Source of the DNA: Deltaproteobacteria bacterium CG11_big_fil_rev_8_21_14_0_20_47_16
GTDB lineage: Bacteria > UBA10199 > GCA-002796325 > 1-14-0-20-47-16
Length of the DNA: 64,000 bases
Direction: 5' to 3'
NCBI GenBank assembly: GCA_002796325.1
Contig: PCXA01000001.1
Span: 260,838-324,837, forward strand
The notes beneath the pieces were generated by a model. It had not been told where the DNA came from and ran no database searches. It worked only from the letters and a program-made list of their open reading frames with translations. The translations under genes and the position numbers were made by a program. Shown here in pieces: positions 29,146-37,318 of this stretch; positions within the stretch are counted from its first letter, which is position 1; each line of letters starts with the position of its first letter.

Positions 29146-30960
29146 CGTTATCTTCATATGGGAATTGCCGTTTCAGTTACTACTCTCATGATTTCATATG
29201 GGGCATTTGGGCAGGGGCGTCCGGCGGTGCCTGCACCTTCCTATTCCAACTCTGCACGGTCAACTTATGCGGCACCAAAACCAAACACTTCCACAACACG
29301 GGTTATTACCATTACCAATAAGCCGTCTGCGCGGTCTTCCGCCAATCAGCGCCCCACACAAGCGGAACAAAGGAAGAGTGTGAGTGTGTTTGATCGATTC
29401 TTCAATCTTCTCAATTCATTGGAAGTTCAACATGGGCGCTACCATGGTAAGCAAGAGGTGGCGGACATGCTGCACAATAGTTCCATCTTTGCGAGTGATG
29501 TGGGCCGTTATGCGGATGAGTTTGGCAATCCCGGCAACCTGGATAATTCAGATTCCGTCATGAACACAATTTATAAAGATGCATCTGATGCAGAGCTGGC
29601 ATCTTTTGCGATGGGATTAATCGCAGAACAGTCTGTGCAAAATAATCTGAAAAGTCAGTTTGAAAAGTATCAAGGTCAAGAAGCAGCCAATCTTCAGAAG
29701 CAACTCGCCATTGAAATGAATCCTACCTTGGCAATTCAAAAGTGGATTGAAATGGGGAAGAAGACCGAAGACGAAAACAAAAAGAAGGATGGCTCCGATC
29801 TGCCGGGATCTGTGCCAACATCCGTCGCAGGATTCAACAAATCACAACTGCCCCTTTCGGGTGGTGGCGCATCATTTATTTCTGGCAGTTGCCTCAAGAA
29901 ATTTGGTGCGGCGCTGCCATCTGGTATTAAGGGTGGTTCCGGAGGAAGTTCGTTTGCGGGTGATGTGCCGCCAGACTCCGGTGGTGCTGCGCCTGGTGGT
30001 ATGGGGCCCGACGGCAAGCCTGTAACGTTGGGACAGTCTGTAAAACAGGGAACCTTTAAAGCGGATTGTGGGGGATTCGATTATTCAAAAGCAGACAGCG
30101 ATGGTGCGGTGGGTAAGCCCCCTGAAGGTGCAAACGTATATAAGACATCAAACCATATATTTAAAGGCGAAGATGGCATGGGTAGACCCTATGCGACAAA
30201 AGTGGAGTTAACATCATACGAGCATTATTATCCAAGTGACCCTGCTACGAAACGTATCCAGATTGCTATGACAGTAACGGTGACGGACTTAAGTACAGGT
30301 AAAACCGCATTTTCAGATGGAAAAATCAGTCAGACGGTAGCTGGTGGGCCGGCAGCTGTGTCGGGTGAATGGAATATCGATACAGCGAGTGGAACCTTGC
30401 CAGTTAATATCCAAGTAAAACTTAATAATGATAATTACTTCGAGTATACGGCGAAAGGACTCATTTATGCGAGTGGTGGTTGGGGAAAAATTGAGAAGTG
30501 GTCATATTCCTCTTACGGCGAAAAGGGCAGTGGTTATCAGTGGATAAATGCGTCAAACAAGACTGAGAATCCCATGGATGAAAAAACATCCGGTGCCAAT
30601 GCGAAGCAACAATGTTTGAATGCTGCATTTCAAACGGCTGGTGACTGCGCCATGAGTTTTATTGCAGGTATTAAGGATGGGGTGACTGCCATACAGAGTT
30701 TGAATTGTATGGGGGTTGGTGGCGGGGGCGCTGCCGGCATGCCCGTGGATGGCAGTAATCCGGTGTTGGCATGTGCCAAGAAGATGGGTATTGAGGGATT
30801 GGACCAAATGAAGATGTTTATGAAGATGGGTGGTGGTTTTTCAGACCCTATTATTATGCAGCAGGTTCAGACCAACACCCCTTATAACAATACACGGGTC
30901 CAAACACCTCAGCAGAATCAGATGCGCAATCAACCCAGTAATGTTTGGTATAAACGCTAA
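29146..30960 (+). CDS. secreted Gly/Ser-rich low-complexity protein
   Basis: RBS AAGGAG, signal peptide MTKRYLHMGIAVSVTTLMISYGAFGQ, long GG/GS tracts and a Cys-containing C-terminal region. No known domain. Confidence 0.65.
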   Translation, partial: RYLHMGIAVSVTTLMISYGAFGQGRPAVPAPSYSNSARSTYAAPKPNTSTTRVITITNKPSARSSANQRPTQAEQRKSVSVFDRFFNLLNSLEVQHGRYHGKQEVADMLHNSSIFASDVGRYADEFGNPGNLDNSDSVMNTIYKDASDAELASFAMGLIAEQSVQNNLKSQFEKYQGQEAANLQKQLAIEMNPTLAIQKWIEMGKKTEDENKKKDGSDLPGSVPTSVAGFNKSQLPLSGGGASFISGSCLKKFGAALPSGIKGGSGGSSFAGDVPPDSGGAAPGGMGPDGKPVTLGQSVKQGTFKADCGGFDYSKADSDGAVGKPPEGANVYKTSNHIFKGEDGMGRPYATKVELTSYEHYYPSDPATKRIQIAMTVTVTDLSTGKTAFSDGKISQTVAGGPAAVSGEWNIDTASGTLPVNIQVKLNNDNYFEYTAKGLIYASGGWGKIEKWSYSSYGEKGSGYQWINASNKTENPMDEKTSGANAKQQCLNAAFQTAGDCAMSFIAGIKDGVTAIQSLNCMGVGGGGAAGMPVDGSNPVLACAKKMGIEGLDQMKMFMKMGGGFSDPIIMQQVQTNTPYNNTRVQTPQQNQMRNQPSNVWYKR

Positions 30961-30962
30961 GA

Positions 30963-31919
30963 TTATTCTTTGGGGAGGTCCTTCATGATTCTTCGAAGCA
31001 CTTCGATTCGATTCATCAAAGCTTGATTCTGGGCGTTGGGTGTAATGAATTCGATGCCGTCTTCATCACGAATTGAATCAATCTCATTTGGCACATACTC
31101 ATACTCCCCTTTGCCAATCCGAATGCGCATCATTAGGTAGTGATATTCGATAGTCCTATTTAATTCATTTGCAGTTTCATCGTCATATGCAGGGCTCAAA
31201 TGGATCGCTTGTCGCGCGGCTTCGTAACCGTCTGTATAATACGCTGCAAGTGCATTTCGTAAAAGGGCGTATGCCGTTTTGGATATTTGCATGCTACCGA
31301 TGTTGGGATCGGGAGAATCGACCAGCCACTGGTGAATGCGTGCTTTGAATGAGGCTATATTGTCGACTGCTGCAACACCGTGATTCGCCTTTTCGAGAGG
31401 ACAAATGTTGGGTTGGGTGCCAGTCGGATCAAATTCGGCCTTACACCAGTACTGGCGAACTTGCGGATCTCTGTTGTAACCATTGAGTGCATTATGAATG
31501 GCTGCTTTCATTTTGCGATTATTGAGAAATTGTGCCCCATATAAAAATGACAAGCCTGTTTGAGGAATGCCATAAATCACATGATTAAAATCGTTCGTTC
31601 TCTTGTTAACAAAATAATAATTGGCCAATGTCTTGATGTGTTCAACATCAAAGTAGGCCATGATGCCATTTGCCATATGAAGTGGTAGGAAGGCAAAGCG
31701 GTTCGCCCAATAGTTTAGACTCTTGGGGTCGTTGAGGCTGACCCGCCATAAAAGTGCTGCTGCGCGAGGCGATAATTTTAAAAGGGATTGAAACCCCAAT
31801 TCATCTTCATCAAGTTGGCGGTTATGACCTGCAAGCGTAAAGAGTGTTTGGCGATCCTTGTTGCTGAGGAATCCCCACTCGGCTGTGCGTTGAAGTGTAT
31901 TGAGGTTGATTGGTCTCAT
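30963..31919 (-). CDS. hypothetical protein, paralogue of 27684-28880
   Basis: See the paralogue. Convergent with the secreted-protein gene, 2 nt gap. Confidence 0.6.
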   Translation of the reverse strand: MRPINLNTLQRTAEWGFLSNKDRQTLFTLAGHNRQLDEDELGFQSLLKLSPRAAALLWRVSLNDPKSLNYWANRFAFLPLHMANGIMAYFDVEHIKTLANYYFVNKRTNDFNHVIYGIPQTGLSFLYGAQFLNNRKMKAAIHNALNGYNRDPQVRQYWCKAEFDPTGTQPNICPLEKANHGVAAVDNIASFKARIHQWLVDSPDPNIGSMQISKTAYALLRNALAAYYTDGYEAARQAIHLSPAYDDETANELNRTIEYHYLMMRIRIGKGEYEYVPNEIDSIRDEDGIEFITPNAQNQALMNRIEVLRRIMKDLPKE

Positions 31920-31946
31920 AATCTCCCATTGCTATATCTCTATTAT

Positions 31947-31973
31947 TATCGGGAAATCAGTAAAAAAGTTGCT
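31947..31973 (-). promoter_or_regulatory. sigma-28-like motif AGCAACTTTTTT-N-CCCGATAA
   Basis: Read in gene direction: catAGCAACTTTTTTactgatttCCCGATAA, 27 nt upstream of the ATG at 31919. Confidence 0.5.
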
Positions 31974-31992
31974 ATGGGGCCGTAAATGCTGA

Positions 31993-32844
31993 TTATCCGC
32001 GGGCCAGATGGGAGTAGGCAGTCATTAATTCTTTAGTGACGAGGCCTGGGGCCTTCTTTTTGCAAATTCCGGAAATCTCGGCGATGGGTAGGACTTCGCT
32101 GGTTGATCCTGTTATGAAAATCTCGTCTGCATCTTTAAGCGTTTTGACGGTGAAGTGGGTTTCCTTCCAGGGGATTTCGAGGGTGTCGGCGGCGCCAAGT
32201 ACGGCGCTTCGGGTGACCCCAGGCAAAATGCCATCCGAGATGGGTGGGGTCAAAAGGCGACCATTCTTAATAACGAATAAATTGGATGCACTGCCTTCCA
32301 AAATTTGTCCCGTATCATTGGTGAGTAAGGCGTCAGCGGCTTTAGCGGCATTGGCTTCGCGGCGTGCAAGCATCTTGGTTAAATAGTTGGTGGTTTTGAT
32401 GTTGGAAAGTCGTGGCTGATCGGCAACAACTGTTTCGGCAATCACCAGTTTTGCACCATGTGTATACCACCGTTGTGGTTTTCCTTCGAACGCTTTGCAA
32501 AATGCAACAACTTGCATCTTCATATGCTTGGGCATTTCCATGCCAGTGGATGCACCTACTGCGCTTATCGTGACGCGAATGTAGGCATTAGGTGTTTTGT
32601 TACGGTTGATGAGTTGTTTTAACATGCGGCCAAATGCGTATTCATCGAGAGGCATGTCGAGTCCAAGTGCTGAACAGTTTTCCAACAGACGATAATAGTG
32701 TAGTTTTAGAAATGAAATGTGCCCATCGTACGAACGCAATGTTTCGAAGCATCCTTCACCATACAAGTAGCTGCGATCAAATACGGAAATTTTGGCATCC
32801 TTCTCAGAAACAAAACGACCATTGAGATAAATTACTGTGGGCAT
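31993..32844 (-). CDS. class IV aminotransferase (aminodeoxychorismate lyase/BCAT-like)
   Basis: Fold-type IV PLP enzyme pattern (EGCFET...NLFVIKNGRLLTP); 283 aa. Confidence 0.8.
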   Translation of the reverse strand: MPTVIYLNGRFVSEKDAKISVFDRSYLYGEGCFETLRSYDGHISFLKLHYYRLLENCSALGLDMPLDEYAFGRMLKQLINRNKTPNAYIRVTISAVGASTGMEMPKHMKMQVVAFCKAFEGKPQRWYTHGAKLVIAETVVADQPRLSNIKTTNYLTKMLARREANAAKAADALLTNDTGQILEGSASNLFVIKNGRLLTPPISDGILPGVTRSAVLGAADTLEIPWKETHFTVKTLKDADEIFITGSTSEVLPIAEISGICKKKAPGLVTKELMTAYSHLARG

Positions 32845-33434
32845 AGCTGGTTTTGAATGTCCTCGATTGGCATAAACTGAATGGGGGATTCGTGATGGTT
32901 TTCTTCAGCGGATTTGTTGCGTGCAGCGTTGTATCGCACCATCTTTTGTGCCAGCTCTGTGGCCCGCTCTTCTGCCAGCGCTGCATTGGGGCGCAATTCC
33001 TTGTCCAATCCCATAGAGATAATTGTTAGTCGGCCTTCGATGGTATCGAAAACCAAAACAGGATCATACACACCAAACCAAGCATCTGGCTTATCTCCAT
33101 GATTGGGCGATTTGTCATTCGATGCGGCGCTAAATTCGGGCAGCATGTACCCCACGAGACCTGAATAAAATGGAAAGTACGGGTCCTTGGGCAGCTCTTT
33201 GAGCGGCGCCATAAATTTTTGTAGCGCATCAGACGGTGTATCAATGCGTGTGTGATCGTCGATGGATACAAACGCACCAGTAGACGAGAACTTTTTGAGT
33301 GGGTTCCATCCGATGAGTGTGTAGCGCTTGTCAATTTGAACCATGAATGCACCAGGTTGGCTTGCGAAAGGAGCATACGCATCCATTGCATCGCCATACC
33401 AGTGAATTGGAAATGTGTAGGGAAGTTCACTCAT
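32832..33434 (-). CDS. anthranilate/aminodeoxychorismate synthase component I N-terminal-domain-only protein
   Basis: Aligns to the first ~190 aa of PabB/TrpE (FPFYSGLVGYMLPEF ~ LPFQGGALGLFGYDLGRRFE; DAWFGVYDPVLVFD ~ DMAVGIYDWALIVD). It stops where the chorismate-binding domain should begin. Confidence 0.5.
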   Translation of the reverse strand: MSELPYTFPIHWYGDAMDAYAPFASQPGAFMVQIDKRYTLIGWNPLKKFSSTGAFVSIDDHTRIDTPSDALQKFMAPLKELPKDPYFPFYSGLVGYMLPEFSAASNDKSPNHGDKPDAWFGVYDPVLVFDTIEGRLTIISMGLDKELRPNAALAEERATELAQKMVRYNAARNKSAEENHHESPIQFMPIEDIQNQLCPQ

Positions 33435-34414
33435 ACGAGCACCTCACGATACCATTCAAAGATACGATCCCATGAATGGGTTTCAAATGCTGTTTGCAGT
33501 TTTTGAATGAGTGTAGAGAGCTCTTCGGGTTCGGAGAATTCGTATTGCAGTTTCATCTTGGAATCCTCAAAGTAAGGATCGGTTGCAATGCGTGCTGTTT
33601 CGGGGAGTCCCAAGCTCTTGATCAAATTGCTGAATTCTTGTTTGCGTTGAATCATCTGTGGCAAACGCACGCCCTTCAAGGTTTGGCGGAGGGCAGCAAT
33701 CTTTTCGGATGCGCTGACGCGGTTGTCGACCACGACCGACAGAAGTTGATAGCGTTGTAAGACTTCTTCGACGGTGATGGCGTCACGAGAAGCGATTTCG
33801 CGAATCAAGCAAAGCAGTTCGTTCAGTTTTGTTGAGTTGGGTTTAATGTGTTTGACCACATCCATCAATGCTTGTTGTGTGGACGGTGAAAATTCAGCAA
33901 TGCGTGCAGCGCATGTTAAGTTGATGCCCGTGGCTACAACGTGTTGCTTCATGGGTTCAATGAGGTGCTGAAGCCCTGATAGTAAATGAAGTGTTTTGTA
34001 GCTGGTGGATTCCCCCATGAGTGGCATGTATTGGCGGACAAAGTCATCTTCGTTAACACCATAGGTTTGGGTAAGGCGCACACAGACTATGCTCTTTTCC
34101 AAAAGGTTGAGTGAGCGGGTCAATACATTATCGTGCAGCGCTGTAATAAACGCCTGCATGGGGCTCATGTCGGTATGGGGTACGACTAAAACAGGAATGG
34201 TTTGGCGCCCCAATGCCTGACAGGCCAAAATGCGTTTGTAACCACAGACCACCTGATAGGCACCATCGACCGTATGACGTGCCAAAATGGGTTGGATGAC
34301 GCCGATCGATTTGATCGATTTTTTCAAGGCCTCGATATTGGGAGCAAAGGTAACGCGGAAGCTGTCATCCGCAACATTTAATTGTGTAAGCGGGAGATAT
34401 TGAAGTAGCATGTG
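33431..34414 (-). CDS. ParB/Srx-like N-terminal domain protein
   Basis: IQPILARHTVDGAYQVVCGYKRILACQALGRQTIPVLVV ParB-box region plus an HTH-like segment. No adjacent parA. ATGA-coupled to the downstream gene. Confidence 0.6.
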   Translation of the reverse strand, partial: HMLLQYLPLTQLNVADDSFRVTFAPNIEALKKSIKSIGVIQPILARHTVDGAYQVVCGYKRILACQALGRQTIPVLVVPHTDMSPMQAFITALHDNVLTRSLNLLEKSIVCVRLTQTYGVNEDDFVRQYMPLMGESTSYKTLHLLSGLQHLIEPMKQHVVATGINLTCAARIAEFSPSTQQALMDVVKHIKPNSTKLNELLCLIREIASRDAITVEEVLQRYQLLSVVVDNRVSASEKIAALRQTLKGVRLPQMIQRKQEFSNLIKSLGLPETARIATDPYFEDSKMKLQYEFSEPEELSTLIQKLQTAFETHSWDRIFEWYREVLV

Positions 34415-34897
34415 GGCGCTATGACAAATTTGACAAAAGATGGCAAGGCAAAGGATGTGGACTTCATGATTTTGGCGATGGATGAGGCTCAGCGGGCTGC
34501 TGACCTTGGTGAAGTCCCAATTGGCGCAGTCGCTGTGGTGGATGGGCAGGTTGTGGCGCGTGCGCACAATTTGCGCGAAGCCACGCATGACCCCTTGGGA
34601 CATGCAGAGTTGTTGCTCGTCCAGCAGCTTTCCAAAGAGGGAAAGCGGTGGCGTTTGTCAGATGTAACCATCTATGTCACCTGCGAACCCTGTCTGATGT
34701 GTATGGGGGCCATGTTGCAGGCGCGTATTGCGCGAATTGTATATGGTTGTCGCGACCCAAAAGCGGGGGCTTGCGGGTCGTTATATGATGTATCGAATGA
34801 TCCCCGCCTCAATCACAATATTCAAGTCACCCCGGATATTTTGGGAGTAGAATGTGGTCGACTGCTAAGCAATTTCTTCCGCGCACGCCGCAAATAA
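34412..34897 (+). CDS. tadA: tRNA adenosine(34) deaminase
   Basis: HAELLL and CEPCLMCMGAM zinc-binding motifs. Confidence 0.85.
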   Translation: MGAMTNLTKDGKAKDVDFMILAMDEAQRAADLGEVPIGAVAVVDGQVVARAHNLREATHDPLGHAELLLVQQLSKEGKRWRLSDVTIYVTCEPCLMCMGAMLQARIARIVYGCRDPKAGACGSLYDVSNDPRLNHNIQVTPDILGVECGRLLSNFFRARRK

Positions 34898-34936
34898 TGC
34901 GTTGCATCTTTTAATTCTCCCCACTAGGAAGGGCCC

Positions 34937-35599
34937 ATGCACGGACACGATATCGCGCGCACTGAGCGCATGGAAATGTACCTAAAAGCAGTGTATCAAC
35001 TGCAATCTGCGGGCACTCCCCCCACTGTTTCGCGCGTAGCAGAATATCTGGGGCTGTCTGCAGCATCGGCCTCCGAAATGCTCAAGCGTTTGGATCAGCA
35101 GAAGTTGATTGTGAGTGATAACGATGGTTGGCATCTATCCAAGCAGGGGTTGAAGGTCGCTAATCAAGTGGTACGGCGTCTGCGATTGGCGGAATGCATG
35201 TTGGTTAACTTGTTGGAAATACCATTGCCCCATGCGTACACCGAGGCTTGCAAATGGGAGCATGTCATTAGCCCCGAGGTTGAAGCGCGCTTGGCGGTGG
35301 TTTTGAAACGTCCTAAAATCTGCCCCCACGGATATCCCATTCCATACGATGACAACGAAGATCCGGTTCATTCACAGACCTTTCTGCACGAAGCCAAGGA
35401 TAACCAGAAAGTCACGGTTTGTCAGATCCCCGAGGCTGATGAGAAATTGGTGTCGTATTTGGAAGGTATTGGTGTGTTGCCTGGGGTGAGTTTGACGATT
35501 AAGTCGGTGGGCCCATTCAAGGGGCCGATTATGTTTTCATCGAAGACTGGTGACCATGCCATTGGTCAAGAGCTTGCCTCGCAAATTGCGATTAAATAA
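34937..35599 (+). CDS. DtxR/MntR family metal-dependent repressor with C-terminal FeoA/SH3-like domain
   Basis: MEMYLKAVYQL...VSRVAEYLGLSAASASEMLKRL HTH and a C-terminal SH3-like region. Confidence 0.85.
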   Translation: MHGHDIARTERMEMYLKAVYQLQSAGTPPTVSRVAEYLGLSAASASEMLKRLDQQKLIVSDNDGWHLSKQGLKVANQVVRRLRLAECMLVNLLEIPLPHAYTEACKWEHVISPEVEARLAVVLKRPKICPHGYPIPYDDNEDPVHSQTFLHEAKDNQKVTVCQIPEADEKLVSYLEGIGVLPGVSLTIKSVGPFKGPIMFSSKTGDHAIGQELASQIAIK

Positions 35600-35648
35600 G
35601 TCCTTGCGGCTTTGAGGTTGCTGATTTAGGCAGAGCCTCCGATTTTAT

Positions 35649-35735
35649 GGAAAGATGGCCGAGTGGCTGAAGGCGCACGCTTGGAAAGCGTGTATACGGT
35701 AAAACGTATCGAGGGTTCGAATCCCTCTCTTTCCG
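35649..35735 (+). tRNA. tRNA-Ser (anticodon GGA)
   Basis: Cloverleaf with acceptor GGAAAGA/UCUUUCC, anticodon loop UUGGAAA, long variable arm, T-loop UUCGAAU and discriminator G. Confidence 0.85.
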
Positions 35736-35775
35736 CAAATACTGTTAACTTTTTGAGGGGAAAAGGAGATGTGTC

Positions 35776-36495
35776 ATGTCCTCGCCAAGACGAACAGATT
35801 CTTCGGGTGGTTTTGCTGTTGATCCTAGGGTTGCCCAGCTTGAAGCCTTGAATGCTCAGACGCGCGCTGATAAACAGGCGGTGGTACCACATAGTGCTGT
35901 AGACCCCGCCCCATCGGTTCGCCCGACAGCGCCACAGTTGGATATCGAGACTCGCATTGTGAGACCTGTGCCACAAGTTCGCGTCGGTGAGGCTGGAGAA
36001 GTTAGCGATGAGAGGGATACTGAGCCAATGCGGGGTGGCTCAACGCCAGTTCCTCATGACCCCCAACCTTTAGACATTGAGCCTATTGAGCCAAAGACAT
36101 CTGTTGTTGGCCCACGCACGCGACCCTCACAAACAAAATATGGGTTGGCTGGATCTAATGTTCCGATACCAAAAGATGATATTAGCCCGTTTGGCTCACG
36201 TACAAAGTTTGAGTTTGTTGCAGTGGATCTGCCAGAAACAGGGTTTGAAGCTGATTGGCAAAGTGTGGGAATTTTTAGTTTGCCGCCGACTATTTCTGCA
36301 GCTCCTCTGGATTTGGTACTCATAAATAAGGGTGTACAATCAGTAGGGTTCGTTGCTGCGTTTGGTGCTGTGTGTGTATATGCAACATCTGTGGTAGAGT
36401 CGTTGGCTGGTAGTGTTGTGGGTATGGCAGCCATTCTTACGCCACCATCAGTGTGGGATTCTTTGTTGGCGCCACAATCTCCAATAATAAGCTAG
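35776..36495 (+). CDS. hypothetical Pro-rich protein with C-terminal hydrophobic region
   Basis: RBS AAAAGGAGA. Compositional evidence only. Confidence 0.45.
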   Translation: MSSPRRTDSSGGFAVDPRVAQLEALNAQTRADKQAVVPHSAVDPAPSVRPTAPQLDIETRIVRPVPQVRVGEAGEVSDERDTEPMRGGSTPVPHDPQPLDIEPIEPKTSVVGPRTRPSQTKYGLAGSNVPIPKDDISPFGSRTKFEFVAVDLPETGFEADWQSVGIFSLPPTISAAPLDLVLINKGVQSVGFVAAFGAVCVYATSVVESLAGSVVGMAAILTPPSVWDSLLAPQSPIIS

Positions 36496-36510
36496 CGTTA
36501 ATCTGACTCA

Positions 36511-36729
36511 ATGAAATACATACTCCAAGTCAAACCCAATTCCCGTCATGAAAAAGTAGAATTGTTGCCGGATGGCAGCTTGAAGGTTCATGTGAATGCG
36601 CCGGCTCATGAGGGGCGTGCGAATGACGCCGTTATCGCGCTTTTGGCTCGGCATTTCAAAGTACCCAAATCATCGATTACCATTTTGCATGGTTCTGCAG
36701 GGCGACGTAAAGTTGTTGAAATTATCTGA
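36511..36729 (+). CDS. DUF167 (YggU) family protein
   Basis: LQVKPNSRHEKV...VNAPAHEGRANDAVIALLARHFKV pattern; 72 aa. Confidence 0.75.
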   Translation: MKYILQVKPNSRHEKVELLPDGSLKVHVNAPAHEGRANDAVIALLARHFKVPKSSITILHGSAGRRKVVEII

Positions 36730-36738
36730 ATCATTTTA

Positions 36739-36766
36739 AGCAACTTTTTGGGCATATATCCGATAG
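36739..36766 (+). promoter_or_regulatory. sigma-28-like motif AGCAACTTTTT-N10-TCCGATAG
   Basis: Same bipartite motif, 22 nt upstream of the ATG at 36789. Confidence 0.45.
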
Positions 36767-36788
36767 TAGCCTATAAGGAGTATCGCCT

Positions 36789-37301
36789 ATGGTTATTATC
36801 CTACCACTATTGTTATTGGCTGCTGCGGGGTGTTCAGCCTCTGTTCGGCGCGAAGAAAAGAAAGCCAAACCTCCAAAGGTAAGTGAAAGTGCTGACCAAA
36901 AAGATTCAGTAACGGTTCAAGAGATGGTTGCACGTTACCAAAAGAAATTTCCTGTTCCAGATTGGGCAAAAAAATCATCATCGCTACTCACGGTTGGCAA
37001 AGGTCACTGTCTTGCAATTCAGTCAACGTCTCAAAACGAGGTTAAGTTGAAAATGATTGTAAGTGCTCAAATGGCACTTGTTAATGCCATTACGGAAAGG
37101 TGCTTTCAGTCACCTGGATATTCCAGTGATCCCATTGGTCGTTTTCAAAGTAAGGCTGTTCATGATGTAGAGTCTTGGAACACCAAGTGGGAGAAAACAA
37201 TGTTGTATGGTCGGATGTGTGAAACGTTTGATCATCAAATTGGTATTGAAGCGTTTGTGGGTCTGCCCCAAAATCTTATTCCGTGCATTATCTTTATATA
37301 G
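36789..37301 (+). CDS. hypothetical lipoprotein
   Basis: Lipobox LLLAAAGC. Confidence 0.6.
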   Translation: MVIILPLLLLAAAGCSASVRREEKKAKPPKVSESADQKDSVTVQEMVARYQKKFPVPDWAKKSSSLLTVGKGHCLAIQSTSQNEVKLKMIVSAQMALVNAITERCFQSPGYSSDPIGRFQSKAVHDVESWNTKWEKTMLYGRMCETFDHQIGIEAFVGLPQNLIPCIIFI

Positions 37302-37318
37302 AATAGGATAGAATGTTG

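Noticed and set aside
35626-35976. 116-aa minus-strand ORF
   Set aside because: Antisense to tRNA-Ser(GGA) and to the start of the downstream CDS.
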